Positions 51,660 to 61,936 of a DNA stretch of 64,000 bases are shown one piece after another; within the stretch, counting starts at the first letter, position 1; each line of letters begins with the position of its first letter. The DNA is taken from NCBI GenBank assembly GCA_034530875.2, contig JAVRCJ020000007.1:128001-192000 (forward strand), given 5' to 3'. The notes under the pieces were generated by a model that searched no databases, was not told the DNA's origin, and worked only from the letters and a program-made list of their open reading frames with translations. The translations under genes were made by a program, and so were the position numbers. Origin of the DNA: Nostoc sp. DedSLP01. GTDB lineage: Bacteria > Cyanobacteriota > Cyanobacteriia > Cyanobacteriales > Nostocaceae.

Positions 51660-52457
51660 CTATTCTTCATCTTCATCATCATCGGGAACCAGGCTGTCAG
51701 TATAGTCGCTTTCTTCGTAGTCTTCGTCATACTCAGCGCCGTCGTAATCTTCGTAATCTTCTTCGGCATCGAGTTGACCGTGACGACCTTCATAAATGGC
51801 ATCTGCCAATTTTCCGACTATCAGCTTAATCGATCTGATGGCATCGTCGTTGGCGGGGATGGGGATGTCAACTACATCCGGGTCGCAGTTTGTATCCAAC
51901 ATGGACACAATGGGAATGTTGAGCTTTTGGCATTCTTGAACAGCGTTATATTCCCGGCGTTGGTCTACAATCACCACGATATCGGGGACTTTTCGCATTG
52001 TTTTAATGCCACCCAAGTATTTTTGCAGCTTCGCCATTTCCCGACGCAGCATCGACGCTTCTTTTTTCGGCAATAAATCTAATGCACCGCTTTCTTCGCG
52101 CCGTTCCAAATCTTTGAGGCGGTCTACCCGTGTTTTGATAGTTGCCCAGTTGGTCAACATTCCGCCCAACCAGCGTTGGTTAATGTAGTGCGAACCGCAA
52201 CGGCTGGCTTCTTGAGCAATAATTCCAGCAGCTTGCCGCTTAGTGCCGACGAAAAGAAATTTCTTTCCTTGCTCTGCTTGGGTTCGCATATAACTATAAG
52301 CGTCTTCCATCAACTGGGCAGTCTGTACCAAGTCGATGATATGTACGCCATTACGGGAAGTGTAAATGTAAGGAGACATTTTTGGGTTCCAGCGGCGGGT
52401 CTGATGCCCAAAGTGAACCCCTGACTCCATCATTTGAGCCAATGAAACAACTGGCAT
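51660..52457 (-). CDS. rpsB: 30S ribosomal protein S2
   Basis: [24 protein letters not shown] and PANDD motifs; start MPVV at 52457. Confidence 0.97.
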   Translation of the reverse strand: MPVVSLAQMMESGVHFGHQTRRWNPKMSPYIYTSRNGVHIIDLVQTAQLMEDAYSYMRTQAEQGKKFLFVGTKRQAAGIIAQEASRCGSHYINQRWLGGMLTNWATIKTRVDRLKDLERREESGALDLLPKKEASMLRREMAKLQKYLGGIKTMRKVPDIVVIVDQRREYNAVQECQKLNIPIVSMLDTNCDPDVVDIPIPANDDAIRSIKLIVGKLADAIYEGRHGQLDAEEDYEDYDGAEYDEDYEESDYTDSLVPDDDEDEE

Positions 52458-52558
52458 ATATTTTTTAACTCCGATTCGGGTTAAACCTCCATCCAAGCGT
52501 ATTTCCCAATCGGGAAACACCCGAATTCTTAGATGTGCGAGATTAGTTAACCATACTA
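52458..52558 (-). promoter_or_regulatory. rpsB 5' leader (S2 autoregulatory-type RNA) and -10 box
   Basis: Minus strand GCACA...CGGGTG...TGGAGGTTTAACCC resembles the conserved rpsB leader; TAGTAT -10 at 52553-52558. Confidence 0.6.
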
Positions 52559-52656
52559 GGTTAGCATATTGGGGAAAGTTAGGGGAAAGGGCAAAAGGGG
52601 GAAAGGGAAAAGGTAGGTTTATTCCCTTTGCCCTTTCCCCTTTTCCCCTTGCCCAA

Positions 52657-53706
52657 TTATGCAAACTCGATAGTCTCAACAAACTCTAAAATATTCTCTT
52701 TGATATATTCGGCTTCTTCTTCAATTGAATCGGGAATTTCGCCATTAAGAAAGCTGTGCTGGCTGCTGACTATGTACAAAAATTCACCATTGATAAAGGT
52801 CAGTAGCCCTCTATATGCATCTAATCTGACGGCAGTTCCGTTATTTTCTTGCTTGGAAATTGTCGAACCTTTGGGCATATCAACTAATACGTAGTAAGCC
52901 CCTTCTAAAGTGTCTTCTAAATATTCAGTATATTCTATAGAAGCATCTGGTACATTTGCCAAAATTGCTTGGGGTACATATTTTTCTACTAAGATTGATT
53001 GTAAATATTTTTGCTGTCCAACGGACTCTAGTTCCTCTAACTCTTCTGCGGGGAAAGGATAATAATCAATTCTTAGCAAAGTACCCAGATCGTCGGAAAA
53101 CCCGACTACTCCTTCTTGACTTTGAATTCTACCGCCGTTTTCGGGATCGACTGGAACCGATACTGTAAAATTCCTTAAGGGCGATTGATAGATCTGTTGA
53201 GTATATTCATCTATTACTACTGTTTCATCTTCGTCATCGTCATCATATTCTTCTTCTGCTTCTTCAAAGGCTGCAATTACCTCTTTAATAATTTCCTCTG
53301 CTTCTTCATCTTCGAGTTCCAAAGCTGTTTGTAGCTTTTTGAGGTAGCCTTGTTTGGCTTTAGGAATGGCGAGTTCATCGTCTAAAAGCACTATCACGCC
53401 GGCGGCGAAACCATCAAGTACTAATTCATCGGAGAGAGAAATTTTAGCAGTATTAAATAAGGCGCCGAGTCCTTCGTCTTCTGCAATACCAATTAGTCTA
53501 TCGACGATTTCGACAATTTCATCTTCTGAGTATTCCTCAAAAACCTCGAACTCCCAAAGAATACCTGCTAAACTTTCTGCATCTACATCTTCAACTGATA
53601 AATCGGCGATCGCTGTGACAGTTGCGATCGCAGCTACAGCTTCCTCTGGACTTAGCGATTCTTCTGATGTCTCGGATGAATTAAAAATCTTATCATATTT
53701 GCTCAT
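52657..53706 (-). CDS. Acidic TerB-like domain protein with additional C-terminal domain
   Basis: LSPEEA.AAI...AIAD and L..L..AL.L....A..II resemble cyanobacterial TerB-family proteins. Confidence 0.6.
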   Translation of the reverse strand: MSKYDKIFNSSETSEESLSPEEAVAAIATVTAIADLSVEDVDAESLAGILWEFEVFEEYSEDEIVEIVDRLIGIAEDEGLGALFNTAKISLSDELVLDGFAAGVIVLLDDELAIPKAKQGYLKKLQTALELEDEEAEEIIKEVIAAFEEAEEEYDDDDEDETVVIDEYTQQIYQSPLRNFTVSVPVDPENGGRIQSQEGVVGFSDDLGTLLRIDYYPFPAEELEELESVGQQKYLQSILVEKYVPQAILANVPDASIEYTEYLEDTLEGAYYVLVDMPKGSTISKQENNGTAVRLDAYRGLLTFINGEFLYIVSSQHSFLNGEIPDSIEEEAEYIKENILEFVETIEFA

Positions 53707-53937
53707 AATTTTTACCAGGATCGATTGCTTTATAGTAATAAAAGCTTGGAAGTGACAATGGTCAGTTTAGCAATGGAATGAATCTGCAAAATAAAAATTT
53801 TTGTCATACCTGGATTAGACCAATTTGGTATTTGAGATTTGAGATTAAAAGCCTTTACCAAAAGGCTGTTTGGTAGAATTTCAACAAAGGCGATCGCAAA
53901 AAAATCCCACTACCAAGGATGAAAAATATTTCCTCCC

Positions 53938-55203
53938 CTACTCCCCACTCCCTATTCCCCATTCCCCATCCTCTTTTTCCCCATCGTTGACATACAGAAA
54001 GCGTTCGGCAATGTTTTCATAAAAGCTGGCGTCAAACCAGTAACCCTGATGCCCTTGGTCGCCCCAAGCTGCTTGATATTTCATTTCAACGTTATCGAGA
54101 TTTTCGTAGTAATCCAGGTGACCGCTTATTGGATCTTTAAGATGGTAGTAATTCACCCAACGAACGCGATCGAGTTTGCATTCGACTGGACTTTTGAGGG
54201 AGTATTTATTTTTCTGTGTAAATTGTGGTTTGACGCGGAAGGAGTTGAGGTGTTCTAAAATTCGCTGTCTAATATACTGTCCTTCCTGTGCTACCTCTCG
54301 GAAGAAAAAAGCGATTTTATCTAGTGGCGAACCAAAGGTAATTAATCCTTTAATTTTATCCAGCAATATACTTTGATTCTTGTCTTGAGAAAGACTTGCT
54401 TCCACACATAAAAGGTTTAATGTATCGTAAGCAATACAACTGCCAAGAGAATGCCCAGCTATTATTACTTGGTCGTAATTTGCTCGTTTATCTTTCAGAA
54501 TAGCTTTCAGCAATGTTAAAGATTCTCTGAGTATTTGCTGACGAATTGTTTTGTAGGGCGATTTTTGGTCTGTGATACTGTAAATGGCAATATCACCAAT
54601 AAAATTAACTATGGGTGGAGTTACAAGTTGTTTGCTTAACTGCCAAGCTGATTGGAGAAAACGACCTTGGAGAAATGGCCCTGCAAAGAACAGAATTAAC
54701 CAAACTCCCATTCGTAATACTGGATATAAAAAGTTAAATATCCGCAGTAATATAGTTAGCGATCGCAAGCGGTATAGAAAAAAACCTTTCCTATTTTTGT
54801 TAGCCAAAAGATTGTCTAACAGAGGTTGGTTTTCTTTCCTGTTATAAAATTTGATTGTGCCATTCAGTGTTTGTTCTGCCCATTGCAATATTTCAGATAC
54901 AGTGATTTTTTTTTCTGTATAAGCTGACCAATAGTACTCATGAATATCAATTAGCCAATCTTCATTGCTGTCATTTGGTTGCAATCTGACAAAGCTTTCT
55001 GTCCACAGAGAACCAGTTGATAGTCTGCGCCTAGCAATTAAGTGTTCTAATTGGAAGTTTAAATTTTGTCTATCGAAGTATTGCAGAAAATTATGAGTGA
55101 AAAAGTCTACAGTCTCTAAAGGATTTTGTTCGCCAATACCGTGAATAAATAAAAATGCTGTGCGCCCTTTGAGCAATCTAACCTTTTTTGGATTATCTGT
55201 CAT
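53938..55203 (-). CDS. Putative alpha/beta hydrolase-fold protein
   Basis: FIHGIG, GHSLG nucleophile elbow, TFGSPL, W.NYY..KDPISG and terminal H..YW. Confidence 0.7.
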   Translation of the reverse strand: MTDNPKKVRLLKGRTAFLFIHGIGEQNPLETVDFFTHNFLQYFDRQNLNFQLEHLIARRRLSTGSLWTESFVRLQPNDSNEDWLIDIHEYYWSAYTEKKITVSEILQWAEQTLNGTIKFYNRKENQPLLDNLLANKNRKGFFLYRLRSLTILLRIFNFLYPVLRMGVWLILFFAGPFLQGRFLQSAWQLSKQLVTPPIVNFIGDIAIYSITDQKSPYKTIRQQILRESLTLLKAILKDKRANYDQVIIAGHSLGSCIAYDTLNLLCVEASLSQDKNQSILLDKIKGLITFGSPLDKIAFFFREVAQEGQYIRQRILEHLNSFRVKPQFTQKNKYSLKSPVECKLDRVRWVNYYHLKDPISGHLDYYENLDNVEMKYQAAWGDQGHQGYWFDASFYENIAERFLYVNDGEKEDGEWGIGSGE

Positions 55204-55734
55204 ATTATAATTACCATTTTGATAGGAATACTTGGGTTATTTTAGCTATGATGACCTAGCTGTTGTTACTCAATAATTAGTGTTATTAGAATTTCCAGTA
55301 AATTAATTTATATATTGTTGATTAATTCTTTTTTACTTTATTACTTTTTTTTGAAATCTCAAAAATAATTAGTTATTTTTTAAACAATTAATTTTCCTTA
55401 ATTTATGCGTAAATTTCAAAAACCGTGCGGCAAAATCCGTCTACTTTCATCATACAGAAGCCTGCCTCAGTATTTACCGTAAATTTTTTGCTGTTCTATT
55501 GATAGTATTAATTTTTATTAAAAAGAAACGACCGCTAATAACTGCTATATTCCTGCGTTTTTATCCTCTAGCAGATGAATTATACCTATCGATAGAATTA
55601 TAAACTAGCTAGCGATAGATACCTACACCGCAGGCGGGATGTCAAAATATCGTTGTTTCATAGCTACACAAAATATTCAAAACACGTACTGTCGAATATA
55701 CAAACATACAATTCTGCAAGATTTTGAGTTTCTT

Positions 55735-57663
55735 ATGGTAAAGACCCCTCCATCCCAATTTTCACCAGATCAGTACACAGTAGATTCACCAGCAGAGAAA
55801 GTTGAAGCTTTAATACAAACACCTCCAACAGATACTGAAATAGATCTAGATTTTCTCTATACTAGGGATATTGAATTTCGTCAAGAGACAATCTACTTTC
55901 TTGTGGTCGATCGCTTTTATGATGGCGATCCAGATAACAGCGAAGGTGCAAACTCAGAACTCTACGATCCAACTAGGCAAGACTGGGGTAAGTACTGGGG
56001 TGGCGACTTGCAAGGCGTAATTGACAAATTGGATTATCTGAAAAACATGGGAGTTACCGCCATTTGGTTAACTCCCTTGTTTGAACAGGTGGAAGAGTTA
56101 TTTGTCGGTAATGCTGCGCTACACGGTTATTGGACAAAAGATTTTAAGCGAATTAATCCTCGGTATATTGCTGACGGAGAAAATCCTTCTTTAAACGCTA
56201 CTCAAGAAGAGAAAAATACCACCTTCGATCGCTTGATTACCGAACTGCACAAGCGCAATATGAAGCTGATATTAGATATTGTCTGCAACCATAGCAGTCC
56301 TGATACCAGCGGTAGTAAAGGTGAATTGTATGATGATGGCGTGAAAATTGCCGACTTCAATGATGATGTCAATCACTGGTATCACCACTATGGCGAAGTG
56401 CAAGACTGGGAAGACGATTGGCAAGTGCAAAACTGTGAATTAGCCGGTTTAGCAACCTTTAATGAAAACAATAGTGATTACCGTCAGTATATCAAGTCAG
56501 CAATTAAACAATGGCTAGACCGGGGCGTGGATGCGCTGCGGGTGGATACAGTCAAACACATGCCAATTTGGTTTTGGCAAGAATTCACCGGGGACATCAC
56601 CAATCACAAACCAGATGTGTTTATTTTTGGTGAGTGGATTTATAGTCATCCTGGTGACGATCGCTCTGTGGAATTTGCCAATCACTCAGGCATGTCCATG
56701 CTAGACTTTGGGCTATGCGTAGCGATTCGGGCAGCACTAGCGCAAGGTTCCGAAAACGGATTCCATACAATTCAATATATTTTCGACCAAGATCATCGCT
56801 ACAGTGGCGCTACAGAGTTGGTCACCTTCATTGATAACCACGATATGCCGCGCTTTCAATCGCTGAACCCCGATCCAGCGATGTTGAGGGTGGCGATCGC
56901 CCTAATTATGACATGTCGCGGTATACCGTGTATTTATTACGGTACAGAACAGTATCTACACAACGACACTGACGGCGGTAACGATCCTTATAATCGCCCG
57001 ATAATGGAAAGTTGGGATACAGATACAGAAATCTATCGTTACATTAGGTTATTATCTGGTTTACGCCGACTCAATCCCGCAGTGTCAATGGGTAGCCACT
57101 GGCAAAAATACTTAACAAATGATGTGTATTGTTACGTCCGCCGCTATCGGGATTCACTGTGTTTTGTAGCTTTAAACCGGGGTGGAGAAGTTACTTTACC
57201 AGAAGTAGAAACAGAATTACCTGATGGCGAACATACCTGTGTAATAACTCGCAACAAGTATGAAGTCAAAGACGGTAAAATCTACGACTTAGTACTCGAA
57301 GAACGAGGAGTAGTTGTTTTCAGCCACGTAGGAGAAAGGATTAAAGGGCAAACCATAGTCCGCGTCCAGCTTAATGGCGTGCAAACTCAACCTGGTGAAA
57401 TCATTGTTGTGACTGGAGATTGCCCAGAGTTAGGTAACTGGGATATCAGCAAAGCGTATCCCTTGGAATACATCAATACTAATACTTGGTTTGCGGAGAT
57501 TCCCTTTAATGAAAGTGCAGGTAAGCTGATTGCTTATAAATATGCTATGTGGCGGGAAGGACAATCGCCCCTACGGGAAAATCTCGTTAACCGCCGCTGG
57601 GTGATTGCCAAAGAAGGTACCGTAAAATGGCGTGATACCTGGGCTTCCGGGCGGGAATCGTAG
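55735..57663 (+). CDS. GH13 alpha-amylase/cyclomaltodextrin glucanotransferase-like enzyme with C-terminal CBM20
   Basis: DRFYDGD, GGDLQG, HGYW, RVDTVKH, FGEW, FIDNHD and GD.PELGNW (CBM20); start taken at ATG 55735. Confidence 0.88.
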   Translation: MVKTPPSQFSPDQYTVDSPAEKVEALIQTPPTDTEIDLDFLYTRDIEFRQETIYFLVVDRFYDGDPDNSEGANSELYDPTRQDWGKYWGGDLQGVIDKLDYLKNMGVTAIWLTPLFEQVEELFVGNAALHGYWTKDFKRINPRYIADGENPSLNATQEEKNTTFDRLITELHKRNMKLILDIVCNHSSPDTSGSKGELYDDGVKIADFNDDVNHWYHHYGEVQDWEDDWQVQNCELAGLATFNENNSDYRQYIKSAIKQWLDRGVDALRVDTVKHMPIWFWQEFTGDITNHKPDVFIFGEWIYSHPGDDRSVEFANHSGMSMLDFGLCVAIRAALAQGSENGFHTIQYIFDQDHRYSGATELVTFIDNHDMPRFQSLNPDPAMLRVAIALIMTCRGIPCIYYGTEQYLHNDTDGGNDPYNRPIMESWDTDTEIYRYIRLLSGLRRLNPAVSMGSHWQKYLTNDVYCYVRRYRDSLCFVALNRGGEVTLPEVETELPDGEHTCVITRNKYEVKDGKIYDLVLEERGVVVFSHVGERIKGQTIVRVQLNGVQTQPGEIIVVTGDCPELGNWDISKAYPLEYINTNTWFAEIPFNESAGKLIAYKYAMWREGQSPLRENLVNRRWVIAKEGTVKWRDTWASGRES

Positions 57664-57683
57664 AATAGGAGCAAAACCCTTCG

Positions 57684-57760
57684 GGAAGGGAAAAGGGAAA
57701 AGGTGAAAGGGAAAAGGAGGGATCTTGCCTTTGCCCCTTGCCCTTTGCCCTTTGCCCCTC
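57684..57760. repeat. AAAAGGG/CCCTTTG heptamer repeats in inverted arrangement
   Basis: Same arrangement at about 41955-42036 and 52580-52652. Confidence 0.7.
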
Positions 57761-57892
57761 TGCTCCTCGCTTGGTCTAGAACCAGAAGCTTAAGATTTTG
57801 GTATGAATTAGGAATTGAAAATGGCTGGTGTAAAATTGTCATTTGTGGCCTAATTTCTTTAGACACATTTACTGCTACCAGGTGCGATCGCG

Positions 57893-59053
57893 ATGACAAA
57901 TAGACCTCCTTACGAACCTGAGTCATCCCCAAAAAATGCCCTTGGCTTTGATGAATTTATAGCCATTCTGGTTGCCTTCGCTACTATCGGAGCAATTCTT
58001 TTTTGGTCGCTCTCCCGCAGAGATTCGAGTTGGAATTTCAACAGTTTGCTCTCGCTTTCCTCCACTTTGTCTGGTAGCGTGCAACCAAATCAAGTATTAC
58101 CCTCTCCTACTCGCAAAGTAGAATCAAATCCAGTCTCAAAATTAAACTCATCTCCACCTGAAACTATTGAACCTAAGACATCCTCATTGCCGACTAATAA
58201 CGCAACTCCTTTCCCTGAAGTATTACCACCTCCTGAGGTAACTCCGACTCAATCCCCCAAACCACAGACATCTGTACCCTCTTCAGTAGAGCTTGACTCA
58301 GCAATTAAAGCGTCAGCTTTGCCTTTAGTTACTCCAGCAAAACAGAAATCTATTATTCCACCGCCAATTGCATTTAACGATGTGCCTAATAACTTCTGGG
58401 GTCGGCGTTTTATAGATGTTCTTTCTTCTCGTAATATTCTCAAGGGGTTTCCTGATTATTCTTTTAGACCAAATGAGCCTGTAAACCGGGCTGAATTTGC
58501 TGCCATCCTGCAAAAAGCCTTTGACAAAGAATTGTCTAAAAGTGCGATCGCATTTCAAGATGTACCAGCAAAATTTTGGGCAAATTCAGCAATTAACCAA
58601 GCCATCAGTAGCGGATTTCTCAAAGGCTACCCACAAAAAACCTTCAAACCACAACAAAATATTTCACGAGCGCAAGTTTTAGTTGCCCTTGCTAGTGGTT
58701 TAAATTTAAAAACACCTACTTCGCCCAATCAGATTTTAAGTATTTATCAAGATGCTAAAGATATTCCCCCTTATGCTGCCAGTAAAATAGCTGCTGCTAC
58801 AACCAATGGACTTGTAGTTAACTATCCAAACCCACAAATACTTGCTCCTAATAAAGTAGCGACTCGTGCTGAAGTGGCCGCAATGATTCATCAAGCTTTA
58901 GTTAAGCAAGGCAAATTGAAGGCAATTTCATCTGAAAACATTGTCCGTAGGCGTAGCCCAACCCAGCCATCGCCTAATATATCTCCACAACCTGCCCAAA
59001 CTCCAAAACAGAAGCCAAAGGTTAATCGATCGGTAGGCGGTTCATCTCAATAA
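57893..59053 (+). CDS. S-layer homology (SLH) domain protein with N-terminal TM and Pro/Ser-rich linker
   Basis: Three SLH repeats (F.DVP..FW...I, GFPD..FRP...NRAE, TRAE). Confidence 0.88.
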   Translation: MTNRPPYEPESSPKNALGFDEFIAILVAFATIGAILFWSLSRRDSSWNFNSLLSLSSTLSGSVQPNQVLPSPTRKVESNPVSKLNSSPPETIEPKTSSLPTNNATPFPEVLPPPEVTPTQSPKPQTSVPSSVELDSAIKASALPLVTPAKQKSIIPPPIAFNDVPNNFWGRRFIDVLSSRNILKGFPDYSFRPNEPVNRAEFAAILQKAFDKELSKSAIAFQDVPAKFWANSAINQAISSGFLKGYPQKTFKPQQNISRAQVLVALASGLNLKTPTSPNQILSIYQDAKDIPPYAASKIAAATTNGLVVNYPNPQILAPNKVATRAEVAAMIHQALVKQGKLKAISSENIVRRRSPTQPSPNISPQPAQTPKQKPKVNRSVGGSSQ

Positions 59054-59139
59054 ACTAGCATTTTCAATTTGAGATTATCAGATTTTAGGCGTTGCTGATT
59101 TCATGTATAAAAACGATTGTGCATGATATCAAAATCGTT

Positions 59140-59167
59140 GTAGAGACGTTGCATTGCAACGTCTCTA
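59140..59167. repeat. REP-like palindrome
   Basis: GTAGAGACGTTGCATTGCAACGTCTCTA. Confidence 0.7.
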
Positions 59168-59179
59168 AGTGTGTATTAC

Positions 59180-59900
59180 TTATTTTTCTATTGTGACTAA
59201 TTTCATCATTCCTTGATCTTCATGGTCTAGGATATGGCAGTGCAAGACGAATTTACCATTAAATTCCGTTGGAAACTTGTATCGCAGTTGACCCATGATG
59301 ATGGGCATGATACCAATGAGTGCCAGCTGGATGGCGTAATGGTAATTCAATTTCAATCGGGTAGGAAGGGTCTGGATCTCCCTCATTTTTGTTGGGTTCC
59401 ATTTCCCTCAATATATTGTCAGCACGATCGCTGCGGGAAACGTGAAATCCGTGAGTATGGAAATTAGTAGTATTAAAGTCGTGTGGAGTATTAGAAGAGC
59501 CTGTGTGTTCTGGCTGTGGTGGGAGACTGTTGACTAAAGCGATCTTCATGCGATCGCTTGGCTTGACACGCAGCGTCGGCCCCACTAAGTTGCCATTGTA
59601 GGAACGAAGATGTACTGGGCATCCGGCAATTACGTTATCGCCATATTTGACTTCTAATGGAGTTTCCAACACACCATCTTGAGATAAAATCTCCGTTGGA
59701 TTCTGAAGGTCAGCACCACCATACTTGTTAATATCAATCGTCTCTTTAGCACAAGCATTCAAATTAGCAGCATTATCTACTTGCTGTGCAATCTCTAAAG
59801 AAGCTGCGTATGAAGCGGGTGATACTGTAACTAAAAGTACTATTGTTACAGCTATTACACAGAATATATTAAAGATGCGTTTTCGCATTATGGTACTCAA
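59180..59900 (-). pseudogene. Multicopper oxidase pseudogene (large internal deletion plus frameshift)
   Basis: Frame 1 has a signal peptide, HTHGFH and WYHAH; a different frame immediately carries HCHILDHEDQGMM; the middle domains are absent. Confidence 0.85.
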
Positions 59901-60121
59901 TTAATGATGTTGAACCTGAATTTACTAAGTTGCAGCCAAAAACATCTATCTTAAGAAAGACAGCAATTAACTTGACAAACTCTAGCAATTTTAGGTGCGG
60001 ATCGGGATTAACTGTAAATAGCTACAACAGGTTATTAATACTACTTAATTTTTGTGGAGAAATAAAAATATAGCGTTTCCAACTGGGTAGAGAAATTTTT
60101 AGGGGCGCATAGCTATCACCT

Positions 60122-60303
60122 GTGTCAACTTAACGCGAAATCTTTGCTATGACCTAGTTTTGAATTCACTCATTCAATATCACGATCTGCGTCACCCCAC
60201 CCCGGTTTTGTCTAAAGCCAAAACCTCCCCTCCCCTTGGCAAGGGGAAGGGTTGGGGTGGGGTAAAATGATTGTGGGGCAAGAGTTTGAGCTTAAGTTGA
60301 CAC
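60122..60303. mobile_element. MITE-like element with 12-bp TIR
   Basis: GTGTCAACTTAA...TTAAGTTGACAC; internal CCCCTTGGCAAGGGG hairpin; flanked by TAGGGGC...GCCCCTA. Confidence 0.7.
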
Positions 60304-60706
60304 CAATGCGTAGCTATTTGCCCCTACCTCTTATGTCACAAAAGCGAGAAATTTTATAAATGCTGGTTGCAATTAAATATAAGGGTGCGTTCAATTACCG
60401 TTTTTATATGCTTAGTAAAAGCGATCGCTTTGCAGGAATATGTTTATTATTTTATAAGCGAAAAATTAGCAAGATATTCAACTATTAGCTTAGAAATTCA
60501 CAAAAATATTTTTAATATTGAGAAAAATCTGAGTCTCGGTTTTTGATAATTCAACAGATTAGGTTGACTGAAATCGAAAACTTTTAAAATGGGAGACGCT
60601 ACGCCTAGCGAAATCCCTACTGGTATGGCGCACACTCAGAACAGGATGTGATTTTGAATTAGAGCATTAGCGTAGCGTCTTTGCACAAGAAGCGAGAATT
60701 TAGATA

Positions 60707-61147
60707 TTAAGCTTCTGGAATTTTACCGACAACTTGTGATTTAAGAGTAGTGATTTCACTAGTTAACTCTTTCCTAGTTGAGGCTTTGAGTAAATAGCGG
60801 TAAACAAACCAAACAGAGTAACCAATACCAATCAACTCAAAAGTAGGAGCAACCAAGGGAATATCATTTAAAGCATCTAATACTGCCAAGAGTACTTTAA
60901 CGCCAACAATCGCTCCAACAATTAAACCAACGCTAACCAGGGGCTGCTTATATTGATTAAAGAAGTTCCCCACGTATTCGGGTAACGATGCTAAAAAGCT
61001 AGAAACTTGCTCTCCATACTTTATCCATTCCTCTTGGGGCTGCGCGGGAGGCTGGATTTTGGTAATAGTGCCAGTTTGGCTGTTAATTTCTGGCACTGTA
61101 GCATCTTTGGATGTGGTTTGCGTAAAATCTTGTTCTGCCATTTTCAC
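60707..61147 (-). CDS. curT: CAAD/CURT1 thylakoid curvature protein
   Basis: A.N.IPL..P.FEL.G.GY..WF.YRYLL....R.EL motif. Confidence 0.85.
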   Translation of the reverse strand: MKMAEQDFTQTTSKDATVPEINSQTGTITKIQPPAQPQEEWIKYGEQVSSFLASLPEYVGNFFNQYKQPLVSVGLIVGAIVGVKVLLAVLDALNDIPLVAPTFELIGIGYSVWFVYRYLLKASTRKELTSEITTLKSQVVGKIPEA

Positions 61148-61936
61148 TCCTATAAACTTTGACAGTTGAGTTTTTCTAATCTAGATAATTACAACTAAAA
61201 GACTGTTGATTAGGTAATGCACGAGTCCCCCACTAAAATTGGGTCAAAGGCACAAAACGTTTATAGTATCCTATAACCATAATTGCCCCGAATCTCTACT
61301 GCATCAACTCCAAGGTAGAGAGCCAGTAGGAGGATAGAACTCAAAAGGCAGCAGAATATATGACGATTTGGTTCCCTCAGTTGGATTTTTGTCATTAACT
61401 ACAGTCCTTTGGTTGTAAATTATCCGATTCCGTGTCATTTGCTCATAATCGTACTAAATCTAAGTACAAAATATGCAAAAATTAATCCACCTTTCATTTA
61501 TATAAGCTTAAAAGCTGATTTTGCACGATATTAAAGCTATTTTAAGGCGGGCTGGCTAATAAATGCATTGGTATTGATATTAATACGTAATATCAGTTTT
61601 TCTGTGTTTACCTATACTTGACTTTAAAACATTTTTATGATATGAGGCATGGGGCAGAGTAGAGGGGCTGGGGACTGGTGGCTGGAGAGATGGGGAGTGT
61701 GGAGAGTGTGGGGAGTGTGGGGAGAAAGAGAATTTATGCCCCCCTCTCTTCCCACACCTCCCACACTTCTCAATGCCCCATGCCCAATAGTCTATAAGCT
61801 TATCCTAATTATTTAGCCAGTATTGATTTGCTCTTGCTATAAAAGAGGATAATCTAGATGTTAATCACTAGTTAAAGTGTTTGCACAAGCTAGACTGATT
61901 TGGTGATGTTTGCGGGAAGGCAAGGAGGTTTGAGAA

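Noticed and set aside
52458..52682. Long N-terminal extension of RpsB in the ORF track
   Set aside because: Covers the leader RNA, promoter and repeats; S2 homology starts at MPVV (52457)
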